Numbered from the stretch's first letter, positions 24,740 through 38,211 are shown. The stretch: 64,000 bases of DNA from Mobula hypostoma (GCF_963921235.1 NC_086107.1:112098001-112162000); one strand, 5' to 3'. Made by a program: numbers and translations. Notes: generated from the letters alone by a model not told the origin.

Positions 24740-26995
24740 TCCTGCACATTCACATGCTTGGAAGCCTCTTGAATGCCTCTAACATGCTTTCTCCACCACT
24801 ACCCCAGGTAGCATATTCCAGGCACCCAGGACTATATGAAAAATTGCATTCTGCACATTTCTTTTGAACTTAGCCACACTCACCATAATTTCATGCCTTC
24901 TGGTGTTACACATTTCAACCCTGGGAAAACGATAGTGGCCGTCTACTCTGTCTATGCCTCTCAATCTTATAAACCTCTATCATATCTCAGGGGCTCCAGA
25001 AGAAAACACCCTAGTTTGTCCAACCTGTCATTAAAGCACATATCCTCTAATCCAGGATCTTCCTAGTAAACCTAAACCCTCTCCAAAATGTTGACATCCT
25101 TCCTACTATGGGGCAATCTGAACTGAATGCAACACTCCAGATGAAGTTTTATGAAGCTGCAACATAACTTCCTGATTCTTAAACTCAATTTGACTACGAA
25201 AAGCTAGCATACTGTATGCCCTTTTTAAACACCCTATTAACGTGCCTGACCACTTTCAGGGAGTTATGGATGTGGACCACAAGATTGCTTTGCACATCAA
25301 CACTGTTAGGGTCTTGCCATTAATAGTGCATTGTTCTTTTACATTTGATTTCCCAAAGCACAATACTTCACATTTAGCCAGTTTAAACTGATCTATATCC
25401 TGCTGTATCCTTTGCCAGTCTTCTATGCTATCCATACCACCAGTCTTTGTATTTTCTGCAAATTTACTAACCCACACATCTACATTTTCATCCAGATTTT
25501 TACAAGCAGCAAAGGTCCCATACAGGTCCCTGCAGAACACCACCTCCTCCAGCCAGAATAAGCACTCCCAACCTCTGTCTTCAAAAGGCAAACCTATTTT
25601 GAATCCAAACAGCCAATTCACTATGGTTTTCATGCATCTTAATCTTCTGGATGAGCTTCCCATAATGAACCTTGCCTTAAAAAAACCTCCAGTAATAAGA
25701 CACTGCTTGCCCTACACAAAGCCATATCGACTGTCCCTAATTGGGCAATGGTGTTCCAAATGCACGCAAATTCTTTTCTTAAGAATCCTCTCTAGTAATT
25801 TCCATACCTCTGATATGAGACTCGCCGGGCTATAGTTTCCTGGATTATCCTCCATTCCCTTCTTGAGGAATGGAACAATATTAGCTACTCAGCAGTCCTT
25901 GGGGATCTTTTCTGAGGTTAGAGAGGACATGAAGATATTGTTCAAGGTGCCAGCAATCTCATCTCTTGCCTGTCTCAATAACCTGGGGCATAGCCCATCA
26001 GACCCTGAGAACTCCCCCACCTTAACATTCTTTAAGAGACCCAACATTATTTTCTTCATCTCAAAATGTCCTAGCAAATTAATGCACTCCACACTGACCT
26101 CACTATCCTCTATGTCTTTCTCCTTGGTAAACATTGCTGCAAAATACCCATCTCTACCTCCAAGCACATGTTTGCTACTTCATCCTTGAGTGGTTTACCC
26201 ACTCCCTAGTTATCCTCTTGATGCAGGTATATCAAGACCTGGGACTTGGGATTCTCTTTAATCATACTTTAAGGATTTTTCATGGTCCATCTTGGTTTTC
26301 CCAATTCTGAGTTATTTTCTGTCTCCTTTAAAATCCTCAAGGGTTCTATTTGGTCTTAGCTCTCTAAACCTGATGTTTTCTTATTCTTATTAACTAAATT
26401 CACCTTGAATCCAAGGACCCCCTACCTTACTATCTTTGTTCTTCCTCCTTACTGAAACATACCTGTTCCATACTGGAGCCTTTAAACACCTTCCATATGT
26501 CAGATGTGGACTTGCCAGAAACAGCTGATCCCAATTAACTCTCCCTAGTTCTGGCCTAATGCTGTTGTAATTTGCCCTGCTCCAATTTAATACTCCCCTG
26601 CAAGGTCCATATTTATCTTGAGGGAGCGATGATCACTATCCCTTATTCTCCCACTGGACAGGCACATTACCCAACATGAAGTCCAGTATAGCCCCACTAC
26701 TTGTTGGACAAGTTGATTTATGAAACCCTCCTGGATGCCTCTAACAATTTCTCCCCCATCTAAACCTCTTGCACTAAGGAGGTCCCAGTCTATATTATGG
26801 AAGATAAAGTCATGCACTACAACAACCCTGTTGTGTTTTTTTTTTAAAAAACACCTTTCATTAATCTGTCTGCATATTTGTTCCTCAATGTACTAGCACC
26901 AATTGAACCTCCCAACTAGGATATTAGTCCCTCTACTTAAGGTGCAACCCATGTCTCTTGTACAGGTCACTAGGGTTCCAATGACCCAAGAACAT
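24740..26995 (-). mobile_element. Old, internally deleted CR1 LINE
   Basis: DFIFHNIDWD (endonuclease), GSDGLCPRLL, VSKFAENTK, AKCEVLCFG and RGIDRVD. Confidence 0.8.
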
Positions 26996-26997
26996 TA

Positions 26998-27478
26998 CGA
27001 GGATGATTCTTGGAATGCAGGGGCTAACATACGAGGAGCGTTTGTCGGCTCTTGGATTGTATTCATTAGAGTATAGAAGAATGAGAGGGGATCTCATAGA
27101 AACATTTCCAATGTTGAAAGGATTGGACAGAGTAGATGTGGAAAGGTTGTTTCCCTTGGTGGGTGAGTCCAGGACAAGAGGCCATAGTCTTAGAATTAGA
27201 GGGTACCCAGTTAAAACAGAGATGAGGAGAAATTTTTTTTAGCCAGAAGGTCATGGATTTGTGGAATTTGTTACCACATACAGCTGTGGAGGCCCAATCA
27301 TTGAGGGTGTTTAAGGAGGAGATTGACAGGTATCTAATTAGTCAGGGTATCAAGGGATATGGAGAAAAAGCCGGAAATTGGAACTAGATGGGTGAATAGT
27401 TTAGCTCATGGGGGAGCTGCAGAGCAGACTCGATGGGCCGAATGGCCTACTTCTGCTCCTTTGACTTGTGATCTTGTG
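26998..27478 (+). mobile_element. CR1 3' fragment inserted in the older CR1
   Basis: YEERLSALGLYSLEYRRMRGDLIETF...RTRGHSL. Tail cttgtgatcttgtga. Confidence 0.85.
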
Positions 27479-27571
27479 AACATGAAACCCTGCCTCATTC
27501 TTCAGCCAGTCATTCATCAGTTCTAGCTTTCTATTCTTACCCTGAATAGCACTGCAAGTAACCTGGAGATA

Positions 27572-28297
27572 AGAACATAAGAAATAGGAGCAGGAGTGGA
27601 CCATCTGGCCCATCGAGTCTTCCCCCGCCATTCAATAAGATCATGGCTGATCTGGCCGTAAACTCAGCTCCATCTACCTGCCTTTTCCCCATAACCCTTA
27701 ATTCCCTTACTATGTAAAAACCTATCTAACTGTTTCTTAAATATATCTAGTGAGGAAGCCTCAATTACTTCCCTGGGCAGAGAATTCCACAGATTCACCA
27801 CGCTCTGGGAAAAACAGTTTCTTCTCATCTCCATCCTAAATCTTATCCCATGAATCTTGAGAGACAATGTCCCCTAGTTCTAGTCTCACCTACCAATGGA
27901 AACATCTTTCCTAATTCTATCTTAGCTATCCCTTTCAAAACTTTGTATGTTTCTACAAGATCCCCTCTCATTCTTCTGAACTCCAGAGAGTATAGTCCCA
28001 GGCAACTCAAACTCTCCTTATAGGTTAACCCCTTCATCCCTGGAATCAACCTGGTGAACCTCCTCTGCACTGCCTCCAAAGCCAGTATAGCCTTCAAGTA
28101 TGGAGGCCAGAACTGCAGACATTACTCCAGGTGCAGCCTCACCAGTACCTTGGTATAGTTGCAGCGTGACCTCCCTGGTCTTGAATTCAATCCCTCTAGC
28201 AATGAAGGCCAACATTCCGCTTGCCTTCTTAATAACCTGTTGTACTTGCAAGCCAACTTTTTGCAATTCATGAACAAGCACTCCCAAGTCCCTCTGA
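27572..28297 (-). mobile_element. CR1 3' fragment
   Basis: LEAVQRRFTRLIPG..YSLEFRRMRGDL. Tail ataagaacataaga. Confidence 0.85.
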
Positions 28298-29549
28298 AGA
28301 TTATACCTTCAAGGTCCTACTTTTGAGCCTCTTTCCCAAGTCCCTCTGCTTACAGTGCAGGACCTCTTCTCCCTTTCTACCCATGTCATTAGTACCAATC
28401 TGCACCACAACCTCTGGTTGTACAATTCAAAGTTCAAAGCTTATTTATTATCAAAGTACATACATGTCACCATACACAATCCTGAGATTGATTTTCTTGT
28501 GGGTATACTCAATAAATCCATAATAGAATCAATAAAAGACTGAACTTGGGTGTTCAACCGTGCAAAATTGTGCAAATATAAAAATACTAAATAAATATCA
28601 AAAACATGAGATGAAGAGTCCTTGAAAGTGATCCATAGGTTGTGGGAACAGTTCAATGATGAAGTGAAGCTGAGTTATCCCCTTTGCACCTCAACCATCA
28701 GGTGCTTGAACCAACAGACTGCTTGTTTTACCCTGCCCTTGAAGAATCAATGTAGTGTGGTGGTTAGGACAACACTTCACAGTACCAGCAACCTACTGCT
28801 TGGAAGGAGTTTGTACTGTCTCCCCGTGACCACATAGGTTTTCTCCCACAGTCGAAAGACGTACTGGATGGTAGGTTAATTGGTCATTGTGAATTGTCCT
28901 GCGATTAGCTATCATTAAATCAGGGGTTGTTCAGCAGCATAGCTCAGAGGGCCAGAAGGGCCTACTTTGCACTGTATCCAATAAATAAAATAAAAATAAA
29001 AAAGTCAAAATCAGAATCATTACTGAAATCTTGTTTTGTGGCAGCAGCAATGCCATATATAAAATATACTATAAGTTATAATGTAAATAAAAATCATGCA
29101 AAGAGAAGCAAATATAGTGAGATAGTATACATGGGTTAATTGTCCATTCAGAAATCTTAGCAAAGCACCAGTTGCTATATGGAAAAGTCAGCACAATAAA
29201 TTTTGCAAAGTTTTTTTGGGGAGGGAGCATGGATTGAAAGCAGGAAGAAGTAGGATACAAAATATTTCTCTTCACAAAATTAAAGATGGCAAAACATTTA
29301 ATGCAGAACTACTAAAGGCTATTGGATGAAAACTATAATCAACATCCGCCTACACAACACCCGACATTACACCTTTACACGAAACAACATTCAACGGTCA
29401 GCCTTGATTATGCCTAATCTTGACTGACAATTTACTACACCGGCAGTAGTCCACCCTCACAGCTAAGGCATTGAGCCAAAGTGCACAACACAAGTTGGTG
29501 TTAAAAACTGTTATAAAATTCCGTACACTAACTGACATGCAGAGTCATA

Positions 29550-30458
29550 CACTCAGTGGCCACTCTATTAGGAACACCTGCTCATTGGAGAGGAGGAGGA
29601 TGAGAGGAGACATGATAGAGGTGTACAAGATGATAAGAGGAATAGATAGAGTGGACAGCCAGCACCTCTTCTCCAGGGCACCACTGGTCAATACAAGAGG
29701 ACATGGCTTTAAAGTAAGGGGTGGGAAGTTCAAGGGGGATGTTAGGGGAAGGTTTTTTTTAAACTCAGAGAGTGTTTGGTGCGTGGAATGCACTGCCTGA
29801 GTCAGTGGTGGAGGCAGATACACTAGTGAAATTTAAGACTACTAGACAGGTATATGGAGGAATTTAAGGTGGAGGGTTATATGGGAGGCAGGGTTTAAGG
29901 GTCAGCACAACATTATGGGCCAAAGGGCCTGTACTGTGCTGTACTGTTCTATGTTCTATTAATGCAAATATCTAATCAGGCAATCAAGAGGTTTAGTTGT
30001 TGTTCAGATCAAACATCAGAATGGAGGAAAAAAATGATCTAAGTGACTAACCATGGAATGATTGTTGGCACCAGACGGAGCAGTTTGAGTACCTCAGAAA
30101 CTGATCTTCTGGGATTTTCACGCACAACAGTCTCCAGAGTTTACAGAGAATGGTGCGAAAACAAACAAAAAAAAAAATCCTATGAGCGGCAGTTCTTTGG
30201 GCAAAAATGCTTTGTTAATGAGAGAGGTCAAAGGAGAACAGCCAGGCTGGTTCAAGATGACAGGAAGATGACAGTAACTCAAACAAATAAATATGTGTGT
30301 CTGTGTGTCTGTGTGCGCGCACACAGAAGAGCATCTTTGAATGTACGTGTCGAACCCTGAAGTGGATGGGCTACAGCAGCAGAAGACTACACTGGGTTCC
30401 ATACCTGCAGCCAATTTATTACATACAGGAGTGTATCTAATATATTGGCCATTGAGTG
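29550..30458 (+). mobile_element. Non-autonomous Tc1-like element interrupted by a CR1 3' fragment
   Basis: TA-flanked TIRs CACTCAGTGGCCA / TGGCCATTGAGTG and HGMIVGTRR..LLGFSRTTVSRVYREWC. Confidence 0.85.
29587..29957 (+). mobile_element. CR1 3' end (same subfamily as 47.4 kb copy)
   Basis: LERRRMRGDMIEVYKMIRGIDRVD...TRGHGFKVRGGKF. Tail ttctatgttct. Confidence 0.85.
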
Positions 30459-30459
30459 T

Positions 30460-31815
30460 ACATGCACCATGAAAACAGGACCTTTGGCCCATTGAATCTA
30501 TGCCGATCAAATGCACATTTTCACTCAACCTGCACTCCATTTTTAATCTCCTCACATTTCTGTCAAATCCTTCCAGGTTCCACCAAAGACCAGGGATAAT
30601 TTAGTAGCCAACCTACCAGCATGTACCACCTTTGGGATGGTTGAAGAAACCTCTGCGCCAGAGAAAACCCATGTGGTTACTGAGAGAATGGGCAAACTCT
30701 ACACAGGCAGCACTCGAGGTCAGGATTGAACCTGGAACTCGGACACAGAGAGGGAACAGCCCTATTAACTCTGCCACAGCGCCATTCCTGTCACTTATAC
30801 CAAAACAGAAGTTTGCATGCAGCAAATTCCCACAAATACTAAAGTACAAAGGACAAGGTAACCCATGAAGATGTGCAAGGGTTGAATGATAGCAGGGGTA
30901 ACTCAATAGGACTCTCTAAAATAGCACCATGGGATCTTATGTACCCACATTCCCACTCTCCCCCTCCCTTATCATCACTATTTATATTTATTGACGTACA
31001 GCGTGGAACAGGCCCTTCCAGCCGCACCACCCAGCAATCCCCCAATTTAACCCTAGCCTAATCACGGGACAATTTACAATGACCAATTAACCTACCAACC
31101 AGTAGGTCTTTGGACTGTGGAGGAAAACTGGTGCACCCAGAGGAAACCCACACAATGGGGAGAATGTACAAACTCCTTACAGGCAATGGCATTAATTGAA
31201 CTCAGGTCACCGATACTGTAAAACATTGTGCTGACCACTACACCACTGTGCTACCCCTTCTCAACGGAATCCCACCAATCACCCTTCAGATCTTGTTCCA
31301 GCACTTTCTCACACCACACCTTTTTAAACTGACTTTCTTCCCTTTTTCTTTCAGTCCAGATGAAAAACAACAACTGTTTATTCATTTCCATGGATGCTGC
31401 CAGACCTGCTGAGCTCCTCCCGCATTTTGTGTGTTAATCCAGATTCTATCATCTACAGTCTCATCTCTTCATAGGATATTTTGCCAATTTCTGGTTGTAG
31501 ACTAATATGTAGTTGAGCCTCTCAACCAGAGACCTCCAACAGTAAAGAGATTACCTTAATTTGTCACAAATACAAAATGTACAGTGAAATGTGTCACTTG
31601 CATTGATGACCAACAGTCTGAGGATTGTGCTTTGGGCAGCCCGCAAGTGTTGCCACATACCCAGAACTTACTAAACTATATGTCTTTGGAATGTGGGAGG
31701 AAACCAGAGCACCCAGAGAAAACCCACATGGTCACAGAACAAACTCCTTATGGATAGCGGTGGAACTAAACTCCAATCACAAGTGCTTTAAAGTGCAATG
31801 CTAACCACTATACTA
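30460..31815 (-). repeat. Cluster of V-SINE copies
   Basis: Three blocks with aacctacca, ggaggaaaccagagcaccc and tRNA-like heads. Confidence 0.6.
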
Positions 31816-32229
31816 TCAACTATGGTGGAATGGGGCTTAAGTCACAGGAGGATGGGATTTGAACTGAGAAGCTTCTTAATCAAGGGGCAGATCTGTCCCC
31901 TTAGGTTACAGGCTTAAAACAAAGTCCACAGTATTGCTTTAAAATGGGTCTTAATACGACCATAGAGGAAAAAGCAGAAACACAAAAGACTTCAGATGCT
32001 GGAATCTGCAGCAAAAATCAAACTGCTGAGCATTTGAAATGGCATTGGCTTGATGGGCTAAAGGGCCATATTTGCTCCATTCTTGTTAGATTAAAGTACA
32101 TAGGGCACAGTGTAAAATAACAACTTGTGTTTTGGCACTGCTGACTGTGTAGCACACTGTCAGTCAAGATTATGCATATCTACTGACTGGCAATTTGCTG
32201 CAAAGGCCAGACTAGGCAACTGATTAACA

Positions 32230-32845
32230 GAGTGCCTGCACTCTGTCCACAACGACCGCCCCAAACTCCCTGCTGCATGCCATTTCAACTCCCTATTGTC
32301 ACACTGACGCAACTGTTGGCCTTGTCCACTGTCATTGTGAGGCCCAAAATAGACTAGAGAAATGACACCTCATAATCTACCTGGGTAGTCTACACTGCCC
32401 TTCCCAATCTCAGGTAACCCCTACCTTCTGATTCAAGCCTGATCCTCTCATTTTTGTTCCTTTCCCATACCATCATCCATTTTCTTCCACTTCCAGGTTC
32501 CGCTCTCTAAAACAACCCACTGGAATCTCACAGTCATCTGGTTCCATCTACATTTCACATCTCCCCAGTAGTTCCATTATCAATTTAGCCTTTATGTTTC
32601 CTTTCTCTGCCCTAAACAGTTAACTTCTGATTCCCAAATCTACCTCTCTAGGCTCCATCTAGCAATCGTCCCCCCGCTTACCTACCAGCCACCTCACCTC
32701 CTCCCATTCTGTACTTCACACTAACCACCTTCTCCCTCCACACTCAGTGCGGACGCAGGCTCTTGGCCAAAATATTGACAATTCTCTCTCACCAACATAT
32801 AGATGCTGCATAACCCAGTCACTTCCTCCAGAAATCTGCTTCCTT
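32230..32845 (+). mobile_element. Old Penelope GIY-YIG/terminal fragment
   Basis: gcatgccatttcaactcc (A.HFNS) and cacctcataatctacctgggtagtctac (HLI..LGSL), then a pyrimidine tract. Confidence 0.6.
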
Positions 32846-32859
32846 AGAGAAAACTTTTT

Positions 32860-33762
32860 ACGTTATATGCCAATGACTTGGATGATGATATTGATGATTT
32901 TGTTGCAAAGTTTGTGGATGATACAAAAATAGATAGAGTGGCAGGTAGTTTTAAGTACAGAGGCTACAGTAGGACTTAGATTAGGAGAATGGGCAAAGGT
33001 GGTAGATGGAATACTGTGTTGGGAAGTGTATGGTAGAAGAAACAAATGAATAGACTATTTTCTAAATGGAGAGAAAATTCAAAAATCTGAGGTGCAAAGG
33101 AACTTGGAGTCCATGTGCAGGACTCCCTAAAGGTTGAGTCTGTGGCGAGAAGGGTAGATGCGATATCAACAAATCTTTGCTTGTATATCTAGTCCTCTTG
33201 AAGTGAAATGTTGAGGCTTTATAAAGCACTGGTGAGGCCTCACTTGGAGTACTGAGAGCAGTTTTGGGCTTGGAAAGGATGTACTAACATTGGAGAGGGT
33301 TCAAAAGCGGTTTACAAAAATGATTCCGGGATTGAACGGCTTGTCATATGAAGAGTGTTTGATGGCTCTGGGCCTGTATTCACTAGAGTTAAGAATGAGG
33401 GGTGACCCAATTGAAACCTATGGTGAAAGGTCTTGATAATGTGGTTGTTTCCTATGGTGGGAGAGTCTAGGACCAGAGGACACAGTCTCAGAATAGAGGG
33501 GTGTCCTATCAGAACAGAGATGAGGAGGAATTTCTTCAGCCAGAGAGTGGTGAATCTATGGAATTCATTGCCACAGGCAGCTGTCGAGTTCAAGTCTTTA
33601 CAAACATTTAAGGCAGTGGTTCACAGATTCTTGATTGGTCAAGGCATGAAGAGATACGAGGAGAAGGTAGGAGATTGGGGCTGAGAGGAGTAATGGATCA
33701 GCCATGGTGGAACAGTCTCGATGGGCCAAATGGCCCAATTCTGCTCCTATGTTTTATGGTCT
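32860..33762 (+). mobile_element. CR1 3' fragment
   Basis: FPMVGESRTRGHSLRIEG..RRNFFSQRVVNLWNSLP. Confidence 0.85.
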
Positions 33763-34558
33763 TAAAAAAGAAAAAAGAGAATTTTGTTTTACCATGGATA
33801 CGGGGGCTCAGAAGTCATGGTCAAGAGAGCTCACCAATGCCTCTACTCTCTCAGGAGGCAAACGAAATATGGCACATCCCCATCGACCCCTACCAATTTT
33901 TATTGATGCACCATACAATGTATTCTATCTGGATACATATCAGCTTGGTATGGCAGCTGCTCTGCACGTAACCACAAGAAACTGCAGAGAGTTGCAGATA
34001 CAGTTCAGCACATCATGAAGCCAGTCTCCTCTCTATGGACTCTGTACCACCAGATTCAAGGATAGCTTCTATCCTTTTGTTACCAGACACTTGAATAGAC
34101 TGCTTGTATAATGACTTGGACTCTTGACCTCAATCTACCTTGTTATGTTTACCTGAGCTGCACTTTCTCTGTAGCTGTCACACTTTATTCTGCATAGTTA
34201 CTGTTTTACCTTGTTCTTCCTCCATGCACTATGTCATGACCTGATCTGTATGAACAGTACACAAGATAAGATGCTCACTACATCTTGGTAGATATGGCAA
34301 TGATTTAAAAAAAAACACAAGACCCTACTCTCTAGCACATCGTTGAAAAGATAATGATAGTTTGCTACTATCATTTCAAAGTAGATTATAAGGCATTTGG
34401 AACACCCAGATAAACACAATACAAATGCAAATTCTGACTTCTCCAATGGACAGAGAGGACCTCAGATCAGCATAGGGGACAAACCTACAATCTTGGCTTA
34501 AGCATGTTAGCCTGCCAAACCAAATTTTTTACAAGAGCCACACATCATTAGAAAATTT

Positions 34559-34732
34559 ATAGGAAGAGGCGCAGTCGACGTTTCAGGCCGAGACCCTTCG
34601 TCCTGACGAAGGGTCTCGGCCTGAAACCTCGACTGCGCCTCTTCCTATAGATGCTGCCTGGCCTGCTGCGTTCACCAGCAACTTTGATGTATGTTGCTTG
34701 AATTTCCAGCATCTGCAGAATTCCTGTTGTTT
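34559..34732 (+). mobile_element. Short Penelope terminal module with 5' inversion (44-bp hairpin)
   Basis: TSD TCATTAGAAAATTT (34545-34558 / 34733-34746). Arms 34559-34602 and 34605-34648. Confidence 0.88.
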
Positions 34733-35330
34733 TCATTAGAAAATTTGATGGCTTGTCTATTGTGCAACCGAAAAACACCACCCAGAATTTCAACACCACA
34801 ACAACATGATTTGGTTATCAAGTTTATGCCAAACGCCTGTACATGCTGGAATCTGCATTGGAAAACTGCTGGCAGCATCTGTGGGCAGTCCAGATGAAGG
34901 GTCACGATTCAAAATGGCTACCATCTGTTTCTCTCCACAGATGCTGCCCGACCTACTGAGTTCCTCCAGCAGTTTATCTCATATAACCTGTTAATAGCCC
35001 ACTAACCCACTCAGGCTCATTTCATTTGTAACCCTACAAGTTACCTTTTTTTGACTGCTTCAACCACATTACTGACAACAAGATCATATCATTATTTATT
35101 TATTGAGATACAGCACAGAGTAGCCCCTTCAGGCCCTTCGAGCCATGCAGCCCAGTAATCCCCTGATTTAATCCTAGCCTAACCACAGGACAATTTACAA
35201 TAACTAATTAACCTACCAACAGGTACATCTTTGGAGTGTGGGAGGAAACCAGGGTACCTGGAGGAAACCCACATTGTCACGTCATTCAATAAAAATTTTA
35301 AAGTCATTCAATTAAAAAATAACATTACCT

Positions 35331-35463
35331 AACAACAGAAATTCTGCAGATGCTGGAAATTCAAGCAACACACATCAAAGTTGCTGGTGAACACAGCAGG
35401 CCAAGCAGCATCTATAGGAAGAGGCGCAGTCGACGTTTCAGGCCGAGACCCTTCGTCAGGACT
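35331..35463 (-). mobile_element. Short Penelope terminal module with intact hammerhead core (35428-35463)
   Basis: TSD TTACCTAACAA (35325-35335 / 35464-35474). Core identical to 21519-21554. Confidence 0.85.
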
Positions 35464-36189
35464 TTACCTAACAAATTTAGCATTAAATGCAGCCTCCATT
35501 GATCTTGAACCATCTTCTACTTTCTATCAATCCAGATTTTGCCAAATCTCTTCTCAACTATCTTTACTATGTCCACTTTTAATAGCTCACTTTTAAACTA
35601 AAAGCTCAATCTTCTAAACCTATAATTATTCCAAGAGGTATTTTGTGTTCTCTCAAACAGTGACAGTGATTAGAGCTATCAAACACCTAACCAGAGGTTT
35701 AACATAGTTCATTTTAACATATATCACCTTTTATTTTCGAAGACTAGGATTTCTAAAAAATTAACTAACCACATTAACAGTGTGTCCCCAAGAGGCAGTT
35801 AGGTCTCTCCTACCCCTGTTTACAATTTGAAATTTGCCTTTTCTCACTTTTTCTAAAAAAGTAGAATTTGATCACATACGACGAAAAATGCAGTTTACAA
35901 TAAATACTGCCAAGAGTCGTCTCTCGTATATTAACAGCATTCCATAAAACAGCGGGGCAGGTAATTCACAATAACAGAGCTGAACAAACAGTGTTAGACA
36001 CTTATAAACAACTAGTCCAGAGAGCGCGGAGAAGAGCAATGTGAATAGCTCCACGGGTAGCTGAGAAAGGCTCCAGGCAGGGATAATAGCCTAACATATT
36101 GAAGGGTATTAAAATAGGAACGAAAGCGAGGAGGATTTCGACAGGTTAAGTCCAAAACCAGAGCTCCCTTTCACAGGCAGGCTCCTTAC

Positions 36190-36290
36190 CTGCTTCTCCC
36201 TCAAGCCTTCCCACGGCCAGAGCTTCCGAGGCACAGCCTCCTCCTCTTATATCATCACGCAAACACGCACCACGTCAAACACTAACACTG
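36190..36290 (-). other. Candidate non-coding first exon of the minus-strand gene (5' end approximate)
   Basis: Consensus donor GCAG|GTAAGG at 36190/36189 at the edge of the CpG-rich region. Confidence 0.45.
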
Positions 36291-37499
36291 TTTTAAAGCG
36301 AGTTTATTCTTTTCGAGAGTTAACTACTATTCTAAACGGTCGAACGAAACGCGTGAAGACAATAGTGTATCGTCATAAAAAAAAACTTAAAAAGCAGACG
36401 CTGGCTTTTGCCCCTCACAAATATGACGCCCATGAAGGAAAATGGAGACGTGTTTAATGACCGATAATTTATTCACTGCCGGTTTGTTTCTACAAAGATA
36501 TCGCTGTACCCCCATCTCAAATATGAGGTAAAACTGGAGTGATTTTTTTATGAAACAACCAAGGCGCAATCTAAAGGAGAAAGGGTTGACTTTCCCCTCA
36601 TTAAAATGGCGGCTGGCCCGATTCCTACAGAACTTCCAACGAAGAAACTGCGCGGCTTTTTTCCCGACTTCGGGAAGTGAGAGCTATTATTTAAACAGAA
36701 TGAAATAACTAACTGTCATCGTGTAAAACGAGGCATTTATTATTTTTAAGATGGTTTCCCCTCCCCAACTTCATTCCCCTCACAAAAATGGTGACCGCCG
36801 GGTGGGAATTAATGCTGCAAAATTAAGGCAATATTGAAGATGTCAGGTGAAAACTCACGATTATAAACGTAAGAGCCTCTATGTGAAGTGCACATCGTGC
36901 CCTTACTTGAAGTGAACAAAAAACAAGTCGCAACCATCTACTGGGCGCAAGTATCTCCCAAGTCGTTAAGACTATAACATCAGTGAAACTCTTATTTATG
37001 GTGCGACTGTAACGAAAACTAATTTCCCCCGGGATCAATAAAGTATGACTATGACTCCCATAACACTCAGTATACTGTAACTCTAAACCTGGAACCTAGA
37101 TCGGGAAAAATTGTAGAAGTTGGTGATCTGAAATTAAACCAAAAATGTAAATCTGAAATAACAATTAAAAGACTGGAAATCTGACAATCAAAATAAGACA
37201 AAAAAAACACTTGAAACAGTATTGAGAAAGAGTTTTAATGTGTCTTGGAGTTGAAACGTTATTTTTTTTCTTTCCACTGATAGTGCAAGATTTACTGATA
37301 GTTAGAAACGTTCAGTAAATCTTGCAGTATTTTATGTGCATATATACAGTTCAGAAGTCGGACACTTCAGCAGCAAGGTGGAGCAAGTAGTAACTTTAAA
37401 AAACGAGCAGGTGAAAGTGTGATGTTGAGGTACTCTGACCACTCCCCCCAGTCGTGGGTGAGTTGTGTAGGAACCAATAAAAAATCGACACTAACCGGA

Positions 37500-37567
37500 A
37501 ATGATGTAAGGGGTTTGTTTTGGAGAAGCAGAGGTAAAGAATGGGTTCGTCTGCTGACGGTCACAAG
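37500..37567 (+). other. Candidate first exon of a plus-strand gene (possible ATG 37541, MGSSADGHK)
   Basis: Follows CCAAT and CCGGAAATGATGT motifs. Donor AAG|GTAATA. Confidence 0.35.
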
Positions 37568-38211
37568 GTAATAGTTCGCTGTTTATATACTGTAACTCAG
37601 AGACTTTGTAAGCCGTGATGCCGTAAAATAGTTACAGACGGTTTAAGAAAATAACATCATCGGTTGGTACTGTAGCACGGGACCCAGAAGGATAGGATCA
37701 CGCATAGAGTATTTTAAGGTGTTAACTATTTATATACTCTTCTACAGCGAAAACTACAGCACAGATTATAATGACGGAAATACCATCTGGAAACGCAATA
37801 GCTAAATCATGGTAATCTGAGATACAATGGTAAATCAAGGCAAAGCATTTGCTGAGAGTTCAAAATGCAGAGCAAAACTTTTGAAACTTAAAATCTGGAA
37901 TAAAAAGAGGATATTCACATCACACAGTAAACCGAACAACATCTGTGGGAGGGGCGAGAGTCAGACAGACAGTTAACTTTCTGAGTCAATAGCGTTTCAT
38001 CCTTGCATTACCGGATATGATCCTGTAATTGCAGACGACATGGCGGTTGGTAGTTGCACCCAGACATTGATAGGATGCAGTCCAATCACAAACAAGAGAA
38101 AACCTGTAGATGCTGGAAATCCAAGCAACACACACAAAATGCTAGAGGAACTCAGCAGGCCAGGCAGTATCTATAGAAAAGAGTCTTTTCCATGAGTTCC
38201 TCCAGCATTTT

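Larger units (their letters stand above)
35870..37800. promoter_or_regulatory. CpG-rich, largely repeat-free putative (bidirectional) promoter
   Basis: Many CpGs compared with the depleted background. YY1-like AAAATGGCGGC (36603), ETS-like CGGGAAGT (36671) and CCGGAAAT (37495), CCAAT (~37474). Outward-facing splice donors at 36190 (-) and 37567 (+). Confidence 0.65.
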
